A DNA stretch of 64,000 nucleotides from Felis catus (Eukaryota): NCBI RefSeq assembly GCF_018350175.1, contig NC_058368.1:112284001-112348000 (forward strand), given 5' to 3'. How positions within the stretch are numbered: position 1 is the stretch's first letter; every line of letters begins with the position of its first letter. Both the position numbers and the translations under genes were made by a program. The notes beneath the pieces were generated by a model. The model saw only the letters and a list, made by a program, of their open reading frames with translations. It did no database searches and was not told where the DNA came from. This document shows positions 25,840 to 39,115 of this stretch, piece by piece.

Positions 25840-26939
25840 CTCATATCACCACTTCTCGCACTCCCTCAGCCATCAAGGTTTAGCAGTGAGACCAGAAGGA
25901 ATTTTTGTATCTTTCAACATATTAGGATTCAGTATGTAAAGAGAAGATTGCCCCCTGACTTTGCTGGCTGGGCTGTGAAGCTTGCTGCCCCGGGGCAGGA
26001 GAGGCATGGACCAAGAAGAATGAAAGTTGGAAGCCCACCTCTTCTGGTATTAAAGGATTGCAGGGGAAAGAAGGTGGGGCCGAAGAGGCAGAGGGAGACA
26101 CAGGGGTGCTGGTCTTCCCTCTCCACCTAGGCAGAGGGAGGTGTGTTGTCACTTTTGAGGGCAATGCTGAGAGTCCTTGCGCATTTTACTTTGGAGGCTC
26201 TGAATGGAGAGCATCACCTAGTTAGCCTTTGTGCCAGCCTTGGTGGTGGGAGCAGATGGTGGATGAACATAAGAGTCAAGCCAGCGGTATGGCACGGTCA
26301 GGCGGCGATAGGCTGGATGGTAGCTCTCTAAAGCGATCCCCAGTTCCCACTTAGTGAGGATGCAACTCAGAAATCCTCACATGTTGGCCATGTATCCACG
26401 GGTCATGGCTGGATAGGGAGCTAGTAAACATCCACAGAGCCAAGGTGGGTATTTGGACCAGGAATTGGGGGGGAGCACACGGCCGACACGCAGATGGGTG
26501 TACAGGGCCAGCTCGCATGAGGCCAAGACTGCCAGGGAGTCTCAGAGCCTTCACCAAGCTCTCACCAAGCCACACTGGCTGCCAGGGTCACAGTCAATGC
26601 CAGCAAGGCAGGCAGGGACAAGGCCTTGTGAATAAGGCGCATTGCTATAGAGTTTACAGGAAGTAGAGGATGCCACAAAATACAAAGCCTCCTTCCAGGC
26701 ACAGTTGGGAGAGCACCATGGGTTCCCACCACCCTGGGGGAGAGAAGTGTTCAGGGATGGAGAGCTGAGAGTTTGAACGTATTAAAAATCTTCCCTTGGG
26801 CAAAGAATACCAGACTAGACTAACTCCAGTTCCTTCCCTCTGCCTGCCTCCAGTCCCCAGTGGGTCAGGAATCATGAAGAAGATCTGAGAAGAGGCTATA
26901 ATTTCTTTGTCCTTTGGAGTTACAGATTTCCTCAGCTCA

Positions 26940-28040
26940 TAAATCTGACCATTGGACATCAAACGTGTATCTTAGACTGTCTCTAGCTCAAACTGAATTC
27001 TTGACCTCTCTCCTAATAAAGAACATGGTCCACTCCCAGTTTTCCCTACCTCAGTCAGTGATAACAGCATATCCCCATGGGTTTAAGGCTCACTGTTGAT
27101 TCCTCCTTTACCCTCAGTCTCCCATCCAATCATCAGTAAGTCCTGCCCGCTCCACCCCCGCAGGTGTCCTAGACCCACTTCTCTCTTTCTCCACCATAAC
27201 TTTTATCCTTGCAAAGATTATTGCAATTTCTTCCCCCACTGTTCTCACCCATGAGGCTGCTTCCTGCCCATCTGGTGCCTTGTGTATGATAGAAAAAGAT
27301 GCCCCTTGGTACAGGTGAACATAGCCCCAGGCTGGACATGGGCCCTGGTGTGTGGCACAAAGGCTAGGTTGCAACTCCCCACTTAGCCTCTTTGCCTGGC
27401 ACCATTGTGTAGGATCCAAGCTACAAAAACAGCCGGTACCCCTTCTCCCTCCTGTGCTCCAGCCTAGGATTCATCATCCACCTGCAGCCACAGTGATCTT
27501 TTTAAAACATAAATCATATATCACTGCCTTGCGCGAAGACCCTCAACAGCTTCCCCAAACCCTTAGACAAAGTTTCAACTTGCCACCACGCCTGTGGCGT
27601 CCTGTGTGCTGGGATGCCTGCTTCTGCCTCTAGCCTTGTCGCACTTGCTCACAGCCACTTTCTCTTCCTCTATGCAACGCCTGTCCATTTTTGGGGGTCT
27701 TGCTATTCCCAGACTGGGAAATGCAGGCTGGCTGCTTTCCTTCATCCGGGTTTGGTCTCAGTTGTCACCCACTCAGTACGGATTTTTCCGAATGACATCT
27801 TCATGTTGCCATCCTCCCATCCCTCGAATCAGATGACCTGTGTTGCTTACTCGATAGCAATTATCAACCTCTAAAATCATCTTTTTCATGCATTCATTCA
27901 TTCGTTCCTTGTCTCTTCCCTCTCATGCAGGAATAAAAGGTCCAAAAGCAGGGACCATTTCTGTCTGGTCCACTTCTGGGTTTCGGAGTCTTGAACAGTG
28001 AATGACACGTATTTGTTGAATGAACAGTTGAATGAAAGAA
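26940..28040 (+). mobile_element. LINE-2 3' fragment(s)
   Basis: L2-type phrases (ccaatcatcagtaagtcctg, gtgatctttttaaaacataaatc, atttgttgaatgaa..tgaatgaa tail). Confidence 0.6.
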
Positions 28041-29704
28041 TCAATGGTGAAAATTGCATGTGGTGCTATTGTCGGCGTCTCACAAAAGGACTGCACATTG
28101 CTGACCAGCTAAGCTAAGATTTTAGTGTTTCTCCAAGAGACAGTATTGCGGCACCACAGACATACATGTGGACAAATAAACACCAGAAACCAGTGAACAG
28201 TTCGGATGGCAAATCATACACTCACATTGTAAGTGTTTCAGTAACAAATGACATCAGAGGTTGATGTCAATGCCATCAGTGACTCTTAACAGCATTTATA
28301 CTTAAGTGAAGTTTTGTAAATACTTCAAAAGTTCAAAAACTTTCGGAAGTTACTTTAATGGACTCTATATCAAATATAAAACTATTTACAACTGAAATTA
28401 GATCTTCTAGATTACTCTGTGAGGTGGGCTAAAGATTTTTCACTTAAAGAAAACCTTATTTTAATAAATAATTCAGGCAATGTACTCTATCATGCTAATT
28501 CAGAGCGATAGTGAAATATCTCCCCCTTTCGTTTTTATACTGTCTAAATTGTAGCTGAAGATAGAATGATCAAAGATGCCTTTCAGCTGCATGATGAGGA
28601 TGTTACAGAATCTTTTTCCTTCTCTTACTCAATTTATTATTTTTTTTTTAGATTTTATTTTTTAGTAATCTCTACATCCAACATGGGGCTTGAACTCACA
28701 GCCCCGAGATAGTGAGTCATACGCCCCACCGACTACTGACTGAGGCAGCCAGGAGCCCCTCCATTGCTCAGTTTAAAACCAGAAAAGACCCAGTTTTAAA
28801 GTGGTTGAGTACTTTTACGTGGCCATGAGAAACACAGCCTTTTGATGACCATCTTATTTTCTGACTCTGAAACTTTTTTTTTTCACTATTTCTCCATATC
28901 CTGTTTGTGGTTTAAAAATTCTGATCACAAAGAATGATATAACACACACTAACCAATAATTCAAACAGAATTATCTTAACATCTATTCATCATCAAGGGC
29001 TCAAGTTTCCTAAAATATTATTCATCGTGTTACTAAATCCAGGAATGGCCCACTTGTACACCATTTACTCTAACATACAGCCTTGTCAATGAATATTACT
29101 GATTATGGCTGAACCTTGTTGTAACCAGTTTGCAGAACTACTGCGATCAGGGTATTTGTCAAGTGTCGCCATTGTCAGTTACCTCATTTGCTGTTAGTAT
29201 TCATTCCTACTGAGATGGGCTCATGGTCTGTGGTTCCGACTTGATACTTCTGGTCAATTTAGAAAAAGCAGTAGTTGTATAGTAGACTGGGTTTCATGGA
29301 TACATTGTGAGGTCACTCTAAGACATTATATAATATAGGTGCAGTTGAACAAAAGAAAAAAGAGTTAATTTTGACTTGAAACCCACTCTACTTTTCTTTG
29401 CCTTCCCTGTTTCTCTTCCTTCTTATCCCCTTTCCTTCCTTCTCTCTTTCCAATACCTTTTGATTTTCAGTTATGCATGAGGCCCACTGTGAGGTAACTA
29501 CACAGGAACATATTTATCGAAGACCCTATCGCCATGCCTAGAACAAAGTAGATCATTCCATTAGTGGGGGGTGAGGAATAGAACCAAGTGCGTGATTTCT
29601 GCCTTTGATCCCGACATAGTTGAATCTTTTATTTGTACTTGCCTAGATGCAAAGCAGTTAGTCTGAGCTTTCTTCTTGTATCACACGATCCCTTTGTTGT
29701 TGTT

Positions 29705-29900
29705 GTTAAGTTTATTTATTTATTTTTTTGAGAGAGAGAGAGAGAGCAGGGGAGAGGGAGAGAGAGAGGGAGAGAGAAGATCCTAAGCAGGCACTGTCAG
29801 TGTAGAGCCCAATGTGGGGCTCGAACTCCCAAACCATGAGATCATGACCTGAGCCAAAATCAGGAGTCGGACACTTAATCAATTTGAGTCACCCAGCCAC
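29705..29900 (-). mobile_element. Can-SINE
   Basis: Reverse-strand head and (GA)n. Confidence 0.85.
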
Positions 29901-31084
29901 CTCGTATCAAAGGATCCTTAGTAAATGATTCTCCATCTTTTGTTTAAATGAATGAATAGATTTTGCCATGATATAATATGGTGTGAAAAGAGACCTGTAG
30001 TATCACTCAGAAAATGTTGGACAATTCACAAGCTAGAATATATAAAGCATAGTGTAGTAGAAAATGCATTGGACTGGAAACCATTAGACTGGATTTCAAG
30101 TCCCAATTTTGTCCCCCGTGTGCTATATAACTTGAGTCCATTACTCCCTTGTTATGAACCTCACTTTCCTCATTTGAAAAATTAGAGGATTCTTTTAATC
30201 AAAAGTGACAGAAACCCAGCCAAAACTATTTCAGGAAAAAAAGAGAATTTTTTGACTCAATCATCTTCAGGCATCATCAGGTACCAGACAGTATAAGTGA
30301 AACATTGTCTTTCTCTCAGCTCTGTTTATCTCTGTGTTGGCCTCATCTCCCCTCCTATATAGAGGGGCTTCTGCTATGGGCCCAAGGGAAGGAGCCACTG
30401 TAACTTTAAGCCTGCATCATTCCAGCTTGTTAACTCTAGAGAAAAGGAATTTTATTTCCCAATATCAGTATGTCAATCTGAGAGAAGAACTTAGATTGGG
30501 TCTGCTTTGATCCTATGTCTATCTTTTGGACCTATCTCCGTTGCCAGGGGAGTAGGTATCATCATTGGCCAAGTATGGGTCACATGTCTATCCCTGCAAC
30601 TGGGTTGGGGAAAGGTCTTCTTGTTTCCTGCCCTGGTGTCCATTCTCTGGCCAAAGAAAGGAGCTAGAAAGTCTTGGGATAGCACGAGTGTACTCTCAGA
30701 CTTTCCAGACAATCTGTTTCTCTGAGTCTCTGCTAGATAAGGAGATACTGAACCAGAGCGGTATTTCACCTTTGAAGCAAAACTATTGCCCGTTTGCTTT
30801 GCCCATCAATCTATCCTGTCCTACCAGATGATAGTAAGTTTGGATACTTACCAGGAGGGTTTCTCATTCCCAAAGCGATGAAGTGCTTGCCCAAAGTGAA
30901 ATCTGGGCCCAAACTCACATCTGTATTCTCCCATCCACTGTCCTCTTCACACCTCTTCACAGGCTTTTCCTTTGGTCATTCATGTAATAGCGACCTACCA
31001 CCTATGCCTATGGCCATGGGATTAATCTAGTTTAGAGTCAGATGACAAGTTAGTTCCTCCTGGCTCCCTCTTGGAAACGTCTCT

Positions 31085-31151
31085 TTTTGTTAATGTGTAT
31101 TTATTTATTTTGAGATAGAGCAGGAAAGGGGCAGAGTGGGGGCGGGGGAGA

Positions 31152-31199
<48 letters not shown>

Positions 31200-31325
31200 C
31201 CCAAGCAGGCTCCACGCTGCCAGTGCAGAGCTTGATGCAGGACTCGAACACATGAATCGTGAGATCATGACCCAAGCTGAAACCAAGAGGCGGATGCTTA
31301 ACTGACCGAGCCACCCAGGTGCCCC
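31085..31325 (-). mobile_element. Can-SINE
   Basis: Reverse-strand head and (GA)n. Confidence 0.9.
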
Positions 31326-32839
31326 TGAAAACTTCTTATTGTACAATTTATATTCCTAGAACATGGGCATTTTAGAGCATCCTGGTTGACAAGCTCTGTC
31401 AAATATTACTATTTCGGACACAGAAGATGTGCAGAATGACTATGCTGAATTACAGAGCCTTTTGCAAGAAATGCAGTCCAGTCATTTCCAAGCATTCATG
31501 AAAGCAAGATAAGGAATGTGTGTGGAGGAGATCACAGGCCAGCAGTTAACTCTTTGGAACCTTGATTTCCTTATCGATAAAGTGAGAAAGTTAGACAAAG
31601 TGGTTTCTAAGGTCCTCCTGAAGTCTGTGAGTACATGCTTTAATGCCTGATGGATTTCTTTCAGAGATTAGACCCTTGAGCAGAGATAATAATTTTAAGT
31701 AATTTTAATTTTAATGTTAATTCCTAATTTTAATAATCAGAGCAGGGACATGCTTGGGGCATAGGGGCTGTGAGTGTCTGTATACGTGGCTTTATCTCTA
31801 AGACACTGGCAAAATCCTGCCCCCTAAAGCAGAGGCTGGGCCTGGCTTGTTGATTTCTGATGCTTCACCCCTGGCACTGCATTCACTTCGCTTCTCTCCG
31901 AAAGGACACATAACAACCGTGGAAGAGGCAGCTTGTTTGAGCTGTGATCAGAGGCTTTCCTATGCGATAGTTTTGAAAGGAAGAAGAGTCAAGGTTCCGG
32001 GTTTCCAAAGAGGCGATTAACAGTCCTAGGGGCATGCCATCAGGACGCCAGGGTACCACAGCCGCATTCTAGACAGTCGGCACGCTTGTAGGGGCTCAGT
32101 CTCATGAGGAACACTTGTCTTTTCACTGTAGGTGTGGTCAACACAGAGGACATGTGGCAATCACACTTTGACCTCAGAAAAACACTTTTGGTTAACCGCC
32201 AAGAGTGAGCCCTGCTTCCTTCTCAGAGCCGTCCCTGACTAATTTGTTCAACCGTGTCGTGCCCACACAGACTGGAAGAACCGGCTGAGGTTAGCCGAGG
32301 TAAGTGACCGGCCCGGGGTCACCATGGCACTCTGTTGACAGTCTATAAGTCATTTCACTTTTTTCTTATGCTAATAAGCCAGGCAATAATAGACTTTCTA
32401 AAGCTTAAATGACATTTTATAAATGTCAAACTACTTCTTGGGCCCACCTTACATTTTCTGTTCCAATACAGGGGTGTCAAAAGCTGAGAGATCCATTAAG
32501 GCTTCCACTGCTACCTGATGTATAATAGTGATATATAAGTGCAGGTAATTATGGGGGGGGGGTTGTAACACATTTTAAGATGTTCCGATGAAAGGTGTTA
32601 TTTAATACTCAATTTCTGAGAAATATAAAATGTATAATGATTATATGCTGTCCGTAGCCGAACATGGGAGATTTCTCTCTGTAATTCTGCCTCGGTACTT
32701 GTGCTGCTTTACCTGGAGGAGGCTAAGGCACGGTAGTGATGGGTCCTATGAGCCTGTCTACAGACTCATTTTATCTATCTATCCATCCAGATCCATCCAT
32801 CTTCTGTCTGCTGGGACATGATGTAATGTAAGATGACAA

Positions 32840-34250
32840 GATATTCATTTATTCATCCCCTCCTCAACTGTGCCTTAAGTACCCACTACGTGACGGGCAC
32901 TGCTCTAGGTAATGCTGATACACCAGAAAGCAAGACAGGCAAAGGTCTGTGACAGAGACAAAGGTCTCTGCCTGTCTGGAGCTTATAGTTTAGTGGGAGT
33001 GACAGATAAGCAAAACATATAGCTTATTAGACAGTGGTTAGTGAATAAATAAAACAGCATTTGAGTAAAGCCCTCAAGGAGAATAGGGAGTGAGTCTTGT
33101 CAAGATCTATGGAAAGAGCACCGTAGACAGAGGGAAAAGTGAATGTAAAGGCTCCAAGACAGGAGAGTACCTGAAGGGTTTGGGGAGCAGGGAGGAAGAG
33201 GCCCCTGTGACTAGAGGAGAGGGTGGGAGGGAGAGGGCAGGTAGTAGAAGACGAAGTTGAAGAGATGGGGTGGGAAGAATGGATTGGGGGAAATTTCGTC
33301 TGTGCCGTAAGGATTGGTTTTTACACTGAAGGCAAGGATGCCACTGGCTGTTTTTGAGCAAAGGGCTGACATGAGCTGACATTCTAACAGGATGACTCTG
33401 CATTAAGATCATATTATAGGAGTAAGAGTGGAGGCGGGGAGGCCAGCTGGGAGGCCACCGCACACTCCAGGTGAGAGATGATGGTGCCTTGGACCAGATG
33501 GTAGTAGTTGAGGTGGTCAGAAGTATTCAGGTTCTGGGAGCACCCGGGTGGCTCAATCGGTTAAACGGCCAACTCTTGATTTAGGCTCAGGTCGTGATCT
33601 CATGGTGTGTGAGTTCGAGCCCCACATAGGGCTCTGTGCTGACAGGGTGGAGCCTGCTTGGAATTCTCTGTCTCTTCTCTCTCTGCCCTTGCCCCACTTG
33701 GGCTCTCTCTCTCTCTCTCTCAAATAACTAAATTAACTAACTAAAAAAAAAAAGTATTCCGATTCTGGACATGTTTTGAAAATAGAACAGAGAGGATTTG
33801 CTGACAGACTGTGCATAGAATAGGAAAGAAAATTCAGGAATCAAAGATGATTCCAGAGTGTGCCCGAACAACTGAAAACGTGGTGCTGCTGTTTACCAAG
33901 GTGGGGAAACAGCAGAACAAACAGGTTTTGAAGGAGACGAGCTGCAAGTTACTGTACATATAAGTTTGAGGTGGCTTTTGGAAGTCCAAGGGAAGTCAAA
34001 TAGAGAACTGAATATACAAGTCTGGAGTTGGAGAGAGAGGTCAGGACTAGAGATACAGATTTAGGAGTCTGGAACATAGAGATGGAGCTTAAAGCCCTGA
34101 GATGGGATGGGATCGCCCCGAGAATCACCATGGGCAGAGAGGAGAAGTGCTCCTACAACTGAGCTGGGGGCACTCTAGTGCTGAGAGGGTGAGGAGATGT
34201 TGGGGAAGCAGGCAAGGAGAGGAGTGGGCCAGAGCAACTGGGAAAGACTA
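32840..34250 (-). mobile_element. LINE-2 fragment, interrupted by a SINE
   Basis: ttcatttattcatc tail and purine-rich L2 body (caggtgagagatgatggtgccttggaccag). Confidence 0.65.
33536..33752 (+). mobile_element. Can-SINE
   Basis: Head, (CT)n, A tail. Confidence 0.9.
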
Positions 34251-35459
34251 GGGATTGTGTTCATGGTCTTTCACCACGGAAGAGGACGTAATTAAATAGT
34301 GTACTCCAAAATTCATTGTATGTTATTATCCTCTTTCTGGAAAAACTGTCTGGGATTTGGGCTGGGAGTCAGACAAACTAAAGCTAAAAGAATAAGATAA
34401 TATGAGATCATTTGGTCAGAGAAATCCAACTAGAGATGCCTTCCGATTATTCTTCCTACTTTATAAGAGACTGTACCCTGAAATTTTAAAAGTGGAAGCA
34501 TTTGACTTAAAAATTATTTGGGTATATTTTTCTGCATAATTCGGGAGAAGTCATTACCATCCTTGAGATATTTCTATGGAATAATAGCAAAAAAAAGTAA
34601 ATTAAATTTAGGCTATTTGAAAATAGGTTTTATTACCACTTCCAGAACATAGGGGAATCTGAGTTTGTGAAAAGGACCTTTGGTCAAATCCATTGACCTC
34701 ATAGTCAAATTCATTATCTCCTGTGGTTGGATAATGTTCTAGCTAGTTCTATACTGAGAAAAATCGGGAAAAGTGCTAGGGATGCTATCAATGTTGGATA
34801 AGAAAGTCTGTGATTTACTGATTACTGTTTTTAGCACAGTTTTCTAGGTACAGACATACCTTGCTTTATTGTGCTTTGCTTTGTTACTCTTTGCAGATCT
34901 GGTGGGGTTTTTTGTTGTTGTTGTTTTACAAACTGGTTTGTGGCAACCTTGTGGTCCAGCAAGTCTCTTGGCAACATTTTCCCAGCAGCATTCCCTCATT
35001 TCATGTCTCTCTTTTTGGTAATTCCTGCAATATTTCAACCTTTTTCATTGTTATGATATTTGTTGTGGTAGTCTGTGAGCAGTGATCTTTGATGTTACTA
35101 TCGTTAATTGTTTTTTGGGGTGCCATGAACAGTGCCCACCTAAGATGGCAAACTTGATCAATAAATGTGTGCGTTCAAGCTGCTCCAACTGACCATTCTC
35201 CTGTCTCCCTGTCCTCAAGCTGCCCTATTCCCTAAGGCACAACAGTGTTGCAGTTTAGGCCAATTAATAACCCTGAAGTGGCCTTGACATTCAAGTGAAG
35301 GGAAGAGTCACACATCTCTCACCTTAAATCAAAAGCTAGAAATTATTACGCTTAGTGAGGAAAGCATGTTGAATTCTCAGAGAGGCCAAACACTAGGCCT
35401 CTTGCATCATACGGTTAGCCTAATTGTGAATGCATGGGAAAAGTTGCTGAAGGGAATTC

Positions 35460-35685
35460 ATTTTTTTTTAATGTTTATTTATTTTTGAGAGAGAGAGGGG
35501 AGAGAGACAGGGTGTGAACGAGGGGGGGGGTGGGGCAGAGAGAGAGGGAGACACAGAATCTGAAGCAGGTTGCAGGCTCTGAGCTGTCAGCACAGAGCCC
35601 AATTCGGGACTCGAACTCACAATCCGTGAGATCATGACCTGAGCCAAAGTGGGTCGCTTAACCGACTGAGCCACCCAGGCGCCCC
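35460..35685 (-). mobile_element. Can-SINE nested in Tigger1
   Basis: Head and tail, TSD resembling gttgctgaaggaa. Confidence 0.9.
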
Positions 35686-36522
35686 TCGTTGCTGAAGGAA
35701 ATTTAAAGTGCTACTTCACTGAACAAATGATATGAAAGCAAAACAGTCTTATTGCTGGCATGGAGAAAGTTGGAGTCATCTGGATAGAAGACACAACATT
35801 CCACTAAGCCGAAGCCTAATCCAGAGTAAGGCCCTAACTCTATTCAAGTCTATGAAGGCTGACAGAGGTGAGGAAGCTGCAGAAGAAAAGTCTGATGCTA
35901 TTAGGTTTAAGGAAAGAAGCAAGCTCCGTGGCATGAAAGTGCAGGTGAGGCAGTGTATGCTGATACGGAAACTACAACAGGTTTTCCCGGGGGATCTAAC
36001 TGAGGCAGTTTGTGAAGGTGGTTTTACCAAAAGTAGATAAAATAGCCTTCTCTTGGAAAAAGATGCCATCTAGGATTTTCATAGCTAGAGAGAAGTCCAT
36101 GCCTGGCTTCAAAGGACAGGCTGACTCACTTGTTAGGAGCGAATGCAGTTGGTGACTTTGAGTTGCAGCTAATGCTCGTGTACCATTCCACATATCGTAG
36201 GGCCCTCGGGTCATGCTAAATTGACTCTGCCTGTGCTCTCTAAATGGAACAACAAAGCCTGGGTGACAGCACGTCTGTTTCCCACATGGTTCACTGCATG
36301 TTTTAAGCTTCCTGTTGAGACCTACCACTCAGAAAAGAAGGACTCCCTGCAAAATATTATTGTGCATTGACAGTGCACCTGGGTAATCAAGAGCTCCGAT
36401 GGAGATGTAGAATGAGATTAATGTTGTTTTCCTGCCTGCTAACACCACATCCATTCTGCAGTCCGTGGATCAAGGAGTCATTTAGACTTTCAAGTCCTAT
36501 TCTTTAAGAAATACATGTGGTA

Positions 36523-36745
36523 GGGGCACCTGGGTGGTGTAGTTGGTTGAGAGTCTGACGTCAGCTCAGGTCATGATCTCATGGTTCGTGGGTTCGAGCC
36601 CCGCATCGGGCTCTGTGCTGACAGCTCAGAGCCTAGAGCCTGCTGCAGATTCTGTGTCTCCCTCTCTGTGTGCCCCTCCCCCACTCATGCTCTGTCTCTC
36701 TCTCTCTCTCTCAAAAATAAAGATTAAAAAAAATAAAAAAAAGAA
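36523..36745 (+). mobile_element. Can-SINE nested in Tigger1
   Basis: Head and tail. Confidence 0.9.
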
Positions 36746-37504
36746 ATATATGTTTTAAGGCTCTAGGTGCCATAGATAGTGATTTCCCCCATAGCTGGAT
36801 CTGTGCAAAGCACATTGAAAACCTTCTGGAAAGGATTCACTATTCTAGATGCCATTAAGAATATTGGTGATTCATGTGAAGAGGTTAAACTATCAACATT
36901 CACAGGAGTTTGGAAGAAGTTGATTCCAGCCCTCCTGGATGACTGTGAGGGATTTCAGACTTCAGTGGAGAAAGTCACTGCAGATGTGGTGGAAACAGCA
37001 AGAGAACAGAATTAGAAGTGGAGCCTGAAGATGTGACTGAATTGCTGTCATCTCATGAGAAAACTTGAATGAATGAGGAGTGGCTTCTCATGGTTGCACA
37101 AAGAAAGTGGTTTCCTGAGGTGGAATCTACTCCTGGTGAAGATGCTGTGAAGATTGTTGAAATGACAACAAAGGATTTAGAATATTCCATACCCTTAGTC
37201 GATAAAGCTGTGGCAGGGTTTGAGAGGATTGGCTTCAGTTTCAAAAGAACTTCTGCTGAGGGTATAATGCTGTCAGACAGCATCACATGCTAGAAAGAAA
37301 TTGTTCATAAAAAGAGGAGTCCATCAGTGTGGCAAACATCATTGTTGTCTTACTTTAAGAACCTGCCACAACCACCCCAGCATTCAGCAACCACCAGCCT
37401 GATCAGTCAGCAGCCATCAGCATTGCCGTTGGACCCTCCACCAGCAAAATGATGCCAACTCACTGAAGGCTTGATGATGGTTAGCATTTTTTAGCAATGA
37501 AGTG

Positions 37505-37737
37505 TTTTTATTTATTTAATTATTTTAAAAGTTTATTTCTTTTTGAGAGAGACAGAGAGAGAGAGCAAGAGAGAGAGCCTGCACGAGTTGGGGGGGGGGT
37601 TGCAGAGAGAGAGGGAGGAGACAGAGATTCCCAAGCAGTCTCCGTGCTGTCAGCACAGAGCCTGATGCGGGGCTCAAAGTCATGACCTGAGCTGAAGTTG
37701 AATTGGATGCTTAACCAACTAAACTGCCAGGCGCCCC
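37505..37737 (-). mobile_element. Can-SINE nested in Tigger1
   Basis: Head and tail. Confidence 0.85.
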
Positions 37738-39065
37738 AATAACAAAGTATTTTAAGTTAAGGCATATACATTTTTTAGACACAATGCTGTTGCACACTTA
37801 ATAGACCACAGTATAGTGTAAACACAACTTTTAAACAATGTGAGCTGTAGTGAACATTATTATTGTGAGCACCTAGCTGTGTTGCACAACAGATGACTTG
37901 GTGGCTCACGGTTTGTTCCTTTGTACTGTTCCTTGTCCTGAATTGGTTACCATCATGGTTGATTGACAAACCTTCATGTTCAGGTTTGTGAGCCCAGTTT
38001 TTCAGTGTCCCCCAGTAACTTGCACTGGGAAACCAAGAAGTTCATTTGATTCAATTTATTGTGATACTTGCTTTATCACTGTGGTCCAGAACTGTACCTG
38101 CACTATCTCTAAGGTATGCCTGTAATTAATTTAAGGAAGTGCAACTAAATTATATTTAAGAGTCAATGAAGTAGATGCATCATCAATACCACTTGTTAAA
38201 GGCAACCTACATACGTCATTCTACAAGTTTCATGTTTGTGAATATTTCTGGATTGAAAATGAAAACTCTGTTCCAAAGGGAAATACATCAATATAATAAG
38301 AGCTTGACTGGGTTCTCTTCTGAAGCCCCTGTATAATAATCCTGCTGAAAGTAACGACTCGCTTTCAGGATATGACTCAACAGCAATTTTCTCTTAATGA
38401 AACACACTTCACTCACTAGTGGACGATGTCGTGATTTCCTCTCAGAGATTGGAAAAGTTCCCTAAAGGTAAGAGGGTATGATTGATGTTGAGAAAGGAAG
38501 ATGGGTAACAAAATTTTCTCCGAAGAGAAAACCCTTTTTATGAAGCATAAGAGCAAAGATGCTTAACAAGAGTTTGAGGATCTAAACACACTCTTTTACT
38601 ATGATTCAACCCAAATGGGTACATATGCTGTGAATCATCACTGTGGGAAGAAAATAGCTTCAGCTCTCGCACAGGAGATCTGCTCCCTCCTTTGAGAGGA
38701 AAGTCATTCCCCCTAAACCCAGAGCTGTGTGCATTCTCAAAAGCCTGGGCTTTCCCCCAAAGCCCATCTTAGATCCCATGCCGTTCTAAGTACAGGATAT
38801 ACATGTGGTCAGGAAAGTGGTTTTGCTGAGATTTTTATCTGTACATGTTCTGCATACCTCATCCTATTTTTGAAAGGCGCAAATAGGAATACTCATAGGA
38901 AATATTTGAAGATATAACTCTCCCTGTAAAATGTTGAGCTTTATACTTTTACTCCATACAGGGAGTCCTTACAGAGAAATGGAAAAATCAGCCTTGCTGT
39001 GCTCTGTTGTAATTTCTCCTGTTGTAATTAATGTGATTACCACCACTGTCAAGCAGCCGTGTGGG

Positions 39066-39067
<2 letters not shown>

Positions 39068-39112
<45 letters not shown>
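39068..39112 (+). repeat. (GT)n microsatellite
   Basis: Direct read. Confidence 0.95.

Positions 39113-39115
<3 letters not shown>

Larger units (their letters stand above)
34851..38122 (+). mobile_element. Tigger1 (TcMar-Tigger) DNA transposon, near full length, degenerate transposase, interrupted by three SINEs
   Basis: TA|CAGACATACCT ... AGGTATGCCTG|TA terminal inverted repeats with TA target duplication; transposase remnants ([64 protein letters not shown]). Confidence 0.92.

Noticed and set aside
31570..31580. Palindromic double GATA site CTTATCGATAA
   Set aside because: Lies in a MIR-like fragment and can arise from its consensus by a few mutations; not counted as enhancer evidence.
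35732..37293. Transposase-like ORFs as a domesticated TIGD1-like gene
   Set aside because: Fragmented by stops, frameshifts and SINE insertions.
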